This document shows positions 27,501 to 39,500 of a DNA stretch of 64,000 nt, piece after piece. The DNA comes from Ginglymostoma cirratum (Eukaryota): the NCBI GenBank assembly GCA_024137785.1, contig JAHRHZ010000098.1:24480309-24544308 (forward strand). The letters are read 5' to 3'. The notes beneath the pieces were generated by a model. That model was not told the origin of the DNA, made no database searches, and was given only the letters and a program-made list of their open reading frames with translations. The translations under genes and the position numbers were made by a program. Numbering within the stretch: position 1 is the first letter of the stretch; every line of letters begins with the position of its first letter.

Positions 27501-30500
27501 ACCACGAGCAGTGACCTCAATTCTCACTGGAGCCTGCAAAAATGTTCATACATCTGGTGCATCCAGCATCCAAAAGGAGCACTTTAAATGTTTTAGGCAG
27601 CCAGTTTGGGGCGGTGAGGGCAGGTTGGAAGATCTCCTCATGGGTCTGCTCCTGGGCCTGGCCAGGCTGGCAGTAAACAGGTCCAGGCAGCAGGCCGTGG
27701 AGGTTGGGGGGAGGGGGAGGCAGCGGGGGTTCATTTCTGCTGCCTGCTTGTCTTCTGCAGTTACGTTTGAACTCAGATGTCCTTTAAGAGGGAGCACATA
27801 TTGTGCACCAATGCTCACGATGCCTTTAGGGAGAGGTGGACACTGTGGAGTGCTTTACTTCCCCTTCCAATTCTATTCCGATTTAATCTCTACCCTCACC
27901 CTTCACTGTTGCCCCCCCTCCCCGCAAATGTCAGCATTGCCCTAATTGGGCTTTGCATGTGGTCAGGGAACCAGTAACTGGGTGTTTTCCTGGAGGTGCA
28001 AATATTGAATAAAGTCTTTTACACATTAAAAAAAAAATTAAACCTCCACCTACTAATATTCAAGGAAAACTAGGGAAACTCTGGTAAAGGACCGTTCAAC
28101 TCTATTGCAAATGAATTTCCCTCATTGCAGGCCAACTGTCAGTATTCATATATCAAAACCTCAAGATCAACACTGGAGTTTTTAATTCCTTCAGCTTAGA
28201 TGCATGATTTTTGTTTTAAATTTGCTCCTGCCTGCACCCTATACCTTGTTCTGTTCATTTGCATTCCAGAGCATCTGCATGTGTGCACTTTGCAGAATTC
28301 AGGATGGGTATTTAACTTTTTTTTAAAATAATAGAAAAGTTTATAGTTTAGGAGTGAATAACAACTAACTCGAAGAATTCTGTTATGCTCTTCATATTTA
28401 ATGCATATTCAAGTAAATACTAAATGAGGAAAAAAAGTGCTGTTTAAAATTTTAACTGTGTTAGCCCAACCTCAAGAGTGAGAGGATAGGAGTTTATTCA
28501 CCCCTTCAGAATTGGTTGCAACATGCCCTTCAGCAAATGACGCAGTACTCCCCCACGCCGAACACCACTAGGTAGAGAGCGCACCACATGTATTCTGGAT
28601 GGTGGGAGGACTTGAGACTTCAACCTCCACCACTGAGAGAGGCAGGGCAACTCCACTACTGACCAAGACCTAAAAGGCAGCCACTAAACAGTAGGTGGTG
28701 AGGGAGATGGGGAAAAAAAAAATCTACTTGACCTCGCACTCACTCAACGTGTCACAGATGACTTTTCCATGATCGGTAGAAGCGATCACCACACAGTCCT
28801 AGTGGAGACGAGGATTGAGGATACCCTCTATCATATTATGTTGCAATACCATTGTCTTAAACGAAATAAATTTGAACAGAGGAGAACAGAATAATGTACA
28901 GGCTATTCACAGTATCAGGCATACCTAAAAATGGAGGTGTCAACTTGGTGAAGCTAGAATGAAAGATGAATTGCATGCCCAGCAATATAAACAGCATGCA
29001 GCAGACCGGCGATCCCAGAATCAGTGAAGGTCTGCAGTCATGCCACATCTCAGCTGTAGTGCTGAATGGTGGCTTCGTCGATAGAGCCAAGATGGCGCCG
29101 AAGAATGGCGACACAGTTCTACCAACCATAGGCCAATAGTTACATGGGAACCACCATCTGCAAGTACTCCACACGCCATCCTGTCTTGGAGCTTCATTGC
29201 CATTCCTTCATTGTCACTGGGTCAAAATCTTGAAGTTCTTTTTCTGGGAGCCCTGTGGGCGTGCCTGTTGACCAAAGTCTGGAATGGCTCACCACCACCT
29301 TCTCATGGCAAACAGAAATGGAAAAGAAATGCTGGCATAGTCTCTGATACACACATCAAGAGAAACAATTTTAAATCTCAATTCCCAAGATCATTTAACC
29401 TATCTGACCCCTGTCCATTGTCAGTGTTAATAAACCTCAACAACTCGGGATATTTTAACACCAAGCTGATCAGAGATGTTATGACACAGCTCTGGAGCAC
29501 CTGGGACTTGAACCCAGGCCTTCTGCCCCAGAGATAGGTACACTACCAGTGTGCCACAAAAGCCCTTAATGCTCCAGAACTTAACTAAGATGTCTGGCTG
29601 ACAAGCAGTGGATTGGGATCATAATTAAACCACTGAGCCAATCTTGGTTCAAGTCCCGCTCTTCAATTCAATGTTGGAGACACATAGGTTGGGCAAAACT
29701 CCAGCCAGTTTATATTTAATCAGCTGAAAAAAGTGCTGGTTACAAGTGGGTTCATTCCATTGCCAACATGGTCCTTCAGCTGTGACAAGGGAAGAAAGCC
29801 CTGAGACTTTGAACTAGAAACAGTGCTTACACGTCTACTGATTGAGGCCAGGCCACTTCGGACTCGAAGCTGTCTCAAAAATATTGACAAGACTTGGGTG
29901 TTAAAATGGAAACAGTTCTTCAGCTTCTCCCACGGGAGAAAATATTCCCTCTGCTAAGTCCATTCCAAACAAATGTCAGTTATAAAAAAAAAACTTGCAC
30001 TTTACACAGTCCTTCTCACAACCTCTGGACATCCCAAAACAACTCACAGCCAAAAAAAGCTTCTGAAATTTGTCACTGTTGCAAAACAATCTGTAAGTTG
30101 ATTTATCCATATTCAAGAATCGTTTGACAGTCAGGTTTGCTTGGATAAAGCAATATCCAGTAAATAGCTGTAATTGAAGTCACTGTAACAAAACAGAACT
30201 AGCTGACTGCCTTGTGCACAAGTGATTGTGAACGAGTCTAAGGTTACAGAAACTTACTGCATTGTAGTTCTTGTTTAGTAATACATTTCAACTATTTAAA
30301 TTATTCAGAAATTCATTGTGAACCAGACAGACAGTCTGTGGTTCATAGGAACAGGAATAGGCCATTCAGCCCCTTGAGCCTGTTCTGCTCTGCAACAAAA
30401 CCATGGCTGATCTATGGGTTAATTCCATTTCCCTGCTTTCGACCCAAATCCTTTAACACCTTTGCTAAGTAAAAAACAAGTATCTATCTCAGATTTAAAA

Positions 30501-33500
30501 TTAACAACCAATTCAGCAACCACTGCTGTTTGTGGAAGACAGTTCGAAACTTCTACCACCTTATGTGTATAGAAGTACCTCCTAACTTCTCTCCCGAATG
30601 GTCTGCCCTAATTTTTTGGGCTATGCTCCCTGGTTCTAGAATCCCCAAGCAGTGGAAATAGTGTATCTTTATTTAAAATTGCTTTTTTAAAAAATAATAT
30701 CTTGAAATTCCTCGTGGATGCTGAAGAGTCTTTTCAATCCTGAAAGATATGTGGATATTCTGATTACACAATGTGCGATAAAATATTTTCTCAAAGTCTA
30801 TCAGAGGCCACCTCCCCTAACTCTGACATCTTGGCTGCATTTAAATCACACACTTGAAAACTGACTTCTCTTGTACTCTCGTATTAACTGGATTTTTCAC
30901 TTTGTAAATAAAGGAATTGTTTCAGCTTGTCAAATCTCTGGCCTGCACCCTCTACCCGCCCCCCACCCCACCTCACCGCCTGCTTACCGTGCTCATTTTG
31001 GGTAAAATTAAAGAAGTGTTAATAACTACAACTGTGTGGTAACTTCAGCTGGGAATAAATGTTAATTTTTGACAGCAAGAAACACGGTAATCAGGCCATT
31101 GCACAAATAAGACCACAATATAGAAGAATGAACTTTTAAAATGCCTCTATAGAATTTTTTTTTTAAAATATGAAAATCAAGATGGAAGGAGCCGTAGTTA
31201 TTTCGCAAAAAAAAAAACACATCAGGCTGGGCTATGAAAACAAAAAAGAGTAAATCAGAGTTGCGTTCAGGGATGTCCGGGTGGGGTGTGTTGGCCATGG
31301 GAGGTGTAGGGTTACAGGGATAATGCTTTTTGAAAACGTTTGTAGCTTGGGTTGTGGACGATGATGTAGACATGCTCGCCGAGCCGGTGTGTCTGATTGC
31401 AGACGTTTCGTCACCCTGCTAGGTAACGTTGTCAGTGCGCCTCCAGTGAAGCTTTGGTGTTCTGTCCTGCTTGTTATTTATATGCCCAAGTTTGCTGGGG
31501 TGGTTGGTATCACTTCCGGTTCTGTTTTCAATGGTTTGTATATCGGGTCCAGTTCAATGTGTTTGTTGATGGGGTTCCAGAACCTCTAAACTTTTCTATT
31601 CATATACCTATCCAGCTGCCTTTTAAATGTTGTAATTGTTCCAGCCTCCACCACTTCCTCTGGCAGCTCATCTCATACAGAAGGTGGTGCATGTACGAAA
31701 AAGTTGGTCCGTGCATCTCTTTTAAATCTTTGCCCTCTCACCTTACACCAATGCCCTCTAGTTTTGGACTCATCCACCCCATGTAAAAGACTTTAGCTAT
31801 TCACCATATCCATGCCCCTCATGATTTTATAAACCTCTATAAGGTCATCCCTCAGCCTCCGACCCTCCAGGGAAGATAGCCCCAGCCTACTCAGCCTCTC
31901 CTTATAGCTTAAGCCCTCCAACCCTGGTAACATCCTTGTAAATCTTTTCTGAACCGTTTCAAGATTCATAACAACCTTTCTATAGCAGTGAGGCCAGAAC
32001 CGCACACAGTATTTCAACAGTGGTCTAACCAGTGTCCTGTAGAGCTGCAATATGAGATTTGCAAAAAAAAAAAAACACGGTAAGATCATACTTTAAAGAT
32101 AGCCACTTCTCCACTCCCCTGCTGTGAGCTCCCCCTACACAGCGTTCTCGAAGGTCAGCTGTGAATTTCACTGTTGGTTCTAAGAAAAGTAAACAAACTC
32201 CAACCTCCAGAGATCCTTGAAACTGAACAGCAGACGCATTCAGCTGTGCATGTTGCTGCTGGGTCAGACAGCTGTGCAGATTTACTACTGCACAGCTTCA
32301 CTACTGCTAGCTTCACTTCCCACGTAGCCTCTGCTTTGTCTCTCTTCTTCCTTTTTTAAAGTGCCGTTGTTTTGATCTCTTCCTTTTAAAGTTCCAAAAC
32401 AATGCAACAGCTTCTGGGAACGGTAATTACTGTTCCTAGAATTTGAGGAAATCAGCTCCAACACTGAGAACACCTCACAAAAAAAGGGGCAGCTCTTACA
32501 GCTGCAGTTTTTTCCTGTCCTCCATCTGGGATTACCCGGAATACTGCTCATTTTTGGACTGTGGGAGGAAATCGGAGCATCTGGAAGAAACCCACTTAGA
32601 CATGGGGTGGGGGGAATGTGCAAACTCCATGCAGTCGCTCATGGCTGGAATTGAACCTGGGTCCCTGGCGCTGTGAGGCAGTGTGCTAACCACTGAGCCA
32701 CCATGCCACCCCTATGTTTTCAATTACCCAGGAACTTGGCTCTGGAGGGACTCCCCACCATTCCCTCTTGCTTTTGGCACCCTTTATCAGGCCCTTATTT
32801 GAATTTACAGCCTTTTTAAAAAAAATCTCACCACTTATAAAGCATTACTTTTCCTTGTTAAAAGTGGTCACTAATAAAGGAATTGTTGCTACTGATGCAA
32901 CAGATTTGCGTGTGTCTTATGTCAAGAATCTCTCACCACGCCCACCAATCAATGCCGTGCAAACAAACTGTAATGAAAATAATCTTCAAACAGTACAATC
33001 ACCTCCAGCCTTTTAAACCTCTCAGCGCCCTTCCATCCTCAGTCTAGATTTTGAGTATCTCCCTCATTACTGTTGTACAGCATTCGTGAAGTTCAACACC
33101 AGTCTCTGAAACTGCCTCCCTAAAACTTCCCTGCCTTTCTCACTTTAAAGTGCTCCTTAAAAACATACCTTTTCATTCAAGTTTTCCACCATATCTCAAA
33201 GCCCTCCCAACAGAATCAGTTTCTTGTTATTTGGTTGAATCAAGTGCTCACAACATGGGCATCATTTTTACTCAGATGAGCTTTTGACCACATCTGCATG
33301 TCATCACTAAAATGACCCACACTCACCTTGGTGACATCCACACTTAGCTTAGCTCATTTGCTGCTGACTGCCTCAACCACAGTTTTATTACATTTGCACT
33401 TGATTGTTCCTAGCCACTCCTAGGCAGCCATTCACATTCTACCCTCCACAACTTTAGACTCATGCAAAATTCTGTTATCAGTGCCTTCACTCACACCTTG

Positions 33501-36500
33501 GTTGGTTCTCACTTAAGTAACACAGAGTTTAAACTTCTCATCCTTGTTTCTAAATCTTTCAATGGCCTTGCTCCTCTCTAGCCCCGTAATCTACTCCAAC
33601 TCCACAACTCAAAGTATCTGCACTCCTATAACTTTTGGCTTCAAGCATCTCAAGTGTTAATAGTTCCACCATTGGAGACTATGCTTAAAGCAACCGACTC
33701 CCTCACTAAAACTCTTTGCTTGTGTTTCCTTCTTCAAGATGCTTCTTAAAGCCCAGTTCTTTGATCAAGCTTCCAGGGACCTGCACTAATATCTCATTGA
33801 GATTTGGTATCAATTTTTACTTTGCAAAAGTCCCGCAAAGCACCTTGGGAGTGTTTTATTATGCTGAAGGCATTATATAAATGCAAGTTGTTGATCTCGT
33901 TGTTTTTCTTGTTCTGAAGAGCACTTTGAGACACTTTGTGCTGCAGACAGATGCTCAGCACTGATCCTGAGGGTCAATGGAGAATAAAACTTAATGTCAA
34001 TGCTGGCAGGGCAGTGGATGGAAGACACCTGGATCAGGTAAATCAGAAATGGTCAGTTTTTTTGATTCAACACTTTCCTGCAACTTCATCCATCTGTCAC
34101 AACTAGAACCAATAGAATCTGTGAATAACAATGCAAGAGGCAGCTGCAGTTACAGACCAAGGAGTTAACAGACCATCAAGAGAGACGTTCTGACACTTCT
34201 TTTCAATAAAATTATGCTTAGCAGCTCCAACAGTGAATTCACAAACATCGATAATATAGGTTTCAGGATGCTTCAGGCTGATCAAACCACCAGATGCAAA
34301 AGGCAGAATGTTTACAAGAAAAAGATAAGTTATGATTGACCCCAGCTGCAGAAGAGGAATGAAATAAGACACCTCTCAAGCTACCCAGAACATAAAAAAT
34401 TAATTCACTCATAGTAAAGGTAGTTGAGTTGGATGAAAACAAACAAAACATTGCTGCACCAACTGAGCTCCTTGATGTACAGAGCGAATTAAAGCAGGGA
34501 TAAAAGGTACTGCAGATGCTGGAGAATCCGAGATAACAAGCATGGGGCTGGATGAACACAGCAGGTCAAGCAGCATCATAGGAGCAGGAAAACTTGACAT
34601 TTCGGGCCTAAACCCTTCATCAGAAATGGGGGAGGGGAAGAGGGTTCTGAAATAAATAGGGAGAGAGGGGGAGGTGGATAGAGGATGGATAGAGGAGAGG
34701 ATAGGTGGAGAGGAGGCAGATAAGTCGAAGAGGCGGGGATGGAGCCAGTAAAGGTGAATGTAGGTAGGGGGGTAGGGAGGAGATAGGTCAGTCCAGGGAG
34801 GACGGACAGGTCANNNNNNNNNNNNNNNNNNNNNNNNNNNNNNNNNNNNNNNNNNNNNNNNNNNNNNNNNNNNNNNNNNNNNNNNNNNNNNNNNNNNNNN
34901 NNNNNNNNNNNNNGTGAGAGGAAAAACAGGTTAGGGAGGTGGAGATGAGCTGGGCTGGTTTTGGGATGCGGTTGGGGGAGGGGAGATTTTGAAGCTTGTG
35001 AAATCCACATTGATGCCATTGGGCTGCAGGGTTCCCAGGCTGAATATGATTTGCTGTTCCTGCAGCCTTCGGGTGGCATCACTGTGGCATTGCAGGAGGC
35101 CAAGGATGGACATGTCATCTGAGGAATGGGAGGGGGAGTTGAAATGGTTCACCTGGACCATCTCCAACACTTCTCTCTCCTTCCTAGACCTCTCTGTCTC
35201 CATCTCGGGCAACCACCTAGAGACAGATGTCCATTTCAAGCCCACTGACTCCCACAGCTACCTGGAATACACCTCCTCCCACCCACCCTCCTGCAAAAAT
35301 GCCATCCCCTATTCCCAATTCCTTCGCCTCCGCCGCATCTGCTCCCAGGATGAGACATTCCAGTCCCGCACATCTCAAATGTCCTCATTCTTCAAGGACC
35401 GCAACTTCCCCCCCACAGTGGTCGAGAACGCCCTCGACCATGTCTCCCGCATTTCCCGGAACACATCCCTCACGCCCCGTCCCCGCAACAATAACCAAAA
35501 AAGAATCCCCCTCGTCCTCACATACCACCCCACTAACCTCCGGATCCAACGCATCATCCTCCGACACTTCCGCCATCTGCAATCAGACCCCACCACCAAA
35601 GACATCTTTCCCTCCCCACCCTTATCTGCCTCCCGGAGGGACTACTCCCTCCGCGAATCCCTTGTCCGCTCCACACTCCCCTCCAGCCCCATCACACCCG
35701 GCACTTTTCCCTGCAACCGCAGGAAGTGCTACACCTGTCCCCACACCTCCTCCCTCACCCCAATCCCAGGCCCCAAGAAGACTTTCCACATCAGGCAGAT
35801 GTTCACCTGCACATCTGTCAATGTGGTATACTGCATCCGCTGTACCCGTTGTGGCTTCCTCTACATGAGGGAAACCAAGCGGAGGCTTGGGGACCACTTT
35901 GCAGGACACCTGTGCTCAGTTCGCAACAAACAACTGCACCTCCCAGTTGTGAACCATTTCAACTCCCCCTCCCATTCCTCAGACGACATGTCCATCCTGG
36001 GCCTCCTGCAATGCCACAGTGATGCCACCCGAAGGCTGCAGGAACAGCAAATCATATTCAGCCTGGGAACCCTGCAGCCCAATGGTATCAATGTGGATTT
36101 CACAAGCTTCAAAATCTCCCCTTCCCCAACCGCATCCCAAAACCAGCCCAGCTCATCTCCACCTCCCTAACCTGTTTTTCCTCTCACCTCAAGCCACACC
36201 CCCATCTCCTATCTTCTAACATCATCCAGCCCCATGCTTGTTATCTCGAATTTCCCCTGAAAGTCCATTCCCTCACTCCCCTCCACCCCAACAGTATCCA
36301 AAGCTATCTATCTGTTTAAGAGGGGGATGACCACAGGACTCATGTGCTTCCTCCCTGCGACTTTTACTTGGTCGGATGATCACCTGTTCCCTTTCTGCCT
36401 GTATGATCCTTACTTGTAGTGTGACCATCTCCCCAGATGTGCTGTCCCTGTCATTCTCAGCATTGCGGATGCTCTGTAATGAGTCAACCCACAGCTCCAG

Positions 36501-39500
36501 CTCTGGAAAGCAGTTAGCCAGTAGCTGCAGCCACTGGAAGTGTCCCTTATTTCCCCAAATTGCACAAAAGGAGCTTACTACAGGTCCGAGGTCATGACTT
36601 CGCTCTAGTGTACACTGGCTACTCCCTTTAAAGAGAATTTAATTAAGCTAGGGGCTTTCCTTCATTTCAACACTATTGTAATCAAAAGTCCCTACTATTT
36701 TTAAGCGAATATATTATACTTTAAAAACTGTAATAAAATCCTCTGGAGGTGTCACTTACCAATTGGCTGTTTTTGTTGGACCTTGTCACTTTCTGAACTG
36801 CCCAGACTGAGACTGAGCGCCGCACTCAGTCCTTCAGCTTTGCCTAACTCCCTGTTTTCACCCAACTCCAAGCACTCATACCTAGCCAAGCAGCACTGAC
36901 ACTGCCTTGTTTTTACAGGCCACAAAAACAATACTTCTGAACTGGATCGAACCAATTGTTCAGTTAACCAGTTCAGTGACCCAGCAGATTCCTGTTTCAG
37001 AAACACAATGAAAACTACAACCAGTCAAACAGAGCAGCTTTTTGTTACTAGATGAAAGCATTAATTTAATTTCAGGGCTCATTTCCAAGGTCGGCTCAAA
37101 TCACTACTTATCTCTTGAAACTGCCTGCTTTCCCCCAACTCCAAAGCACACTCTAGCTACCACATGCTCAGAAAGGAACATTAACCATCATTTACTCACA
37201 TCAAACTCTCAACCAGACAGAGCAAAGTCCAGTCACATAATTCTAATTACTATGTCACACATCTCAAGCATCAAAGAATATCAAATAACCTGCTTTTCCA
37301 GGAGCTACAGCCTCTGCTGTGCTTAAGCTCCGAAAACATCACTTTATTGCATTGGACTTTTTGTTCTGTGCAAATATGGCCTGTTTGAAATTTATTAGGA
37401 GTGAGGACAATTTCAGAAATTGCCTTATTGGTGGATAAATTCTAAAATTAAGAATTGGTTCATAACAGCAATTTAAAACGTGTGCAAGTTAACTGAGATG
37501 GATGTGTTTTAAATCAACTCCCATCCCCATATCTCGCATTTCCCCCCCATAAACTCGGTGGGAGAGGATCAGAAGAAAAAGAGTTTAAAGGTGTAGAGGA
37601 GACATGTCACCAAATCGATCATGCATTTTTTACTGCGGAAGACAGAGGCATTCGCGCAGTCATTCTGGGAGGATACCTCATTGACCTGTAACTTGGAGTC
37701 CCGCCATACAAAAACTGGCTGATTTAAAATGCACTGCAGCTCGAGGGAGCAAGAAGTGTTCACAAGGGCCTCTCAAAAGATCTGTTCCTCCTTATTCCGT
37801 TCCCAATGGCCTCCATCTATCCCACTCCGTCTGTTTCCCTCGCTGTCCTGCTGTAATTGTTAACTTCCTACTCTCCTTGCTGCCACGGATCAGCCCCTAG
37901 GCCTCCTCATGCTGAAACTGCTTTTACAGATTTTTCTTTCGTATGTCTCAACTGGCTGATAATTTGACCGGCTGCCGGACAAGAAGCAAATGAAATGATA
38001 GTGAGATTGCGCTGTTAAATTTAACAAGACCTCTGCGACCCCTTGTTGCAAATATTTAAGCCCATATGCGGCCTCTAAAGCTGGATGATGTGCAGCACAT
38101 AGCTTCAATCTAGCATATATATATGTTTTCGATGAGCAAGGTAGGACAATCATATTTGAGACTAGTGACCATGCAGGCAGCACACTGCATTCCAAATGGT
38201 GAATACATACAGCAGTCTTTAACTGTTGTTTACTCAGCCAGGTTAATTACTAATCAAACAATCAGGAACAGTAAATGGAGTTTAACTTTGTATAATGTAC
38301 TGCAAACTGAAACATAATATTTGTAAACAATAAGTCCTATTTTGAAACTTCACTAGTAACGACGCAAAAGATATAGCCGTCTCTATCAGTTGTTCCTTGT
38401 AAATTTCCAGTGTTAATTATCGATAAGGTTCATCAAATGCTGGAACACAGTGCAAGGACACTAGTTTGATAAGGTCATATGAACTATATATTACTAGCCA
38501 ACACAGAACACACTACGCAAAAAAATTCCAGTCATCATATGATCACGCAGAGATAGTCATACTTTCAGAAGTTACTTATTGGTGGGGCAAGTCAATAGTA
38601 GTGCTTAGAATGTACTTCGTTGGAATTGAATATTATTGATATCGGCGTGAACAATATTCACATATCGGACTCAATTACTCCCAGAAACACACTTCAAAAC
38701 ATCTCCTTTCTGGGTTTTCAACATGACTAGTCTCATTAGATCGGGAAAATTAATTGAGTGTAACCAAGTCCAACACTGAAGAAATTACACCAGCTTTGAA
38801 GAGTGCATTATCATTTCACAAAGACCCCTCCTACCCCATTATAATCTCTTCCAATCTCTTCCGTCAGGCAGAGGATGCAAAAGCTTAAAAACATGTATCA
38901 ACGGGTTCAAGGACAGCTTCTTCCTTGCTGTTAATAGACTTCTGAATGGACCTCTCAAATTTCATATCTAATGTTGATCTTGCATTTTGTGCATCTTCTT
39001 TGCCACCGTAATGTTGTATTCCTTGCTCTTTTGAATCATCCTATGATCTTTGTACATTATGATCTGCGTGTACTGCATGCAAAACAAAATTTTCCACTGT
39101 ACTCGGGTACACATGATAACAATAAATCAAATCAAATCAAATCATAGTCTGTCGATGATTGATCTGGTACAATGAGCCATCACTGAACAGTTCCCCCAAT
39201 ACTCTGTCCCTTTTCTGTTCTAATCTATAGTGATTTGAAACTGACTTACTCCATTTCTTTTTTCTCCGCTTCCTCTTGGGTCAAGTCTTCCTCAACACTG
39301 TAATCTAGAATGGACCCCACTCCAAAGGAGCGATTATGCTGGATCAAGGGTTTGATGTCATCTTGGTCCTTTCCAGCAACAAACTGTCCATAAAAAGTCA
39401 TCGTCATGACCTTTTCGAAGAGCCATTTCCCAAGCAAGAACCGACTGAGATTGATGAGCTGCAAGAATAACCAAATAGTATGAAACAACACTAGCCAAAC

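Noticed and set aside
27463-27535. Functional tRNA-Thr with rare GGT anticodon
   Set aside because: D-, anticodon- and T-stem pairs and the B box are disrupted; GGT is best explained as neutral decay from TGT/CGT
34989-36170. 393-aa ORF as an intact gene
   Set aside because: Chimera across the inversion junction: antisense Penelope sequence fused to a 5'-truncated sense ORF lacking the RT core
22600-37620. p53 response elements (PRODH is a known p53 target)
   Set aside because: Only isolated half-sites seen (e.g. AGACATGCTC ~31358, inside or beside a repeat); no paired decamers found by eye
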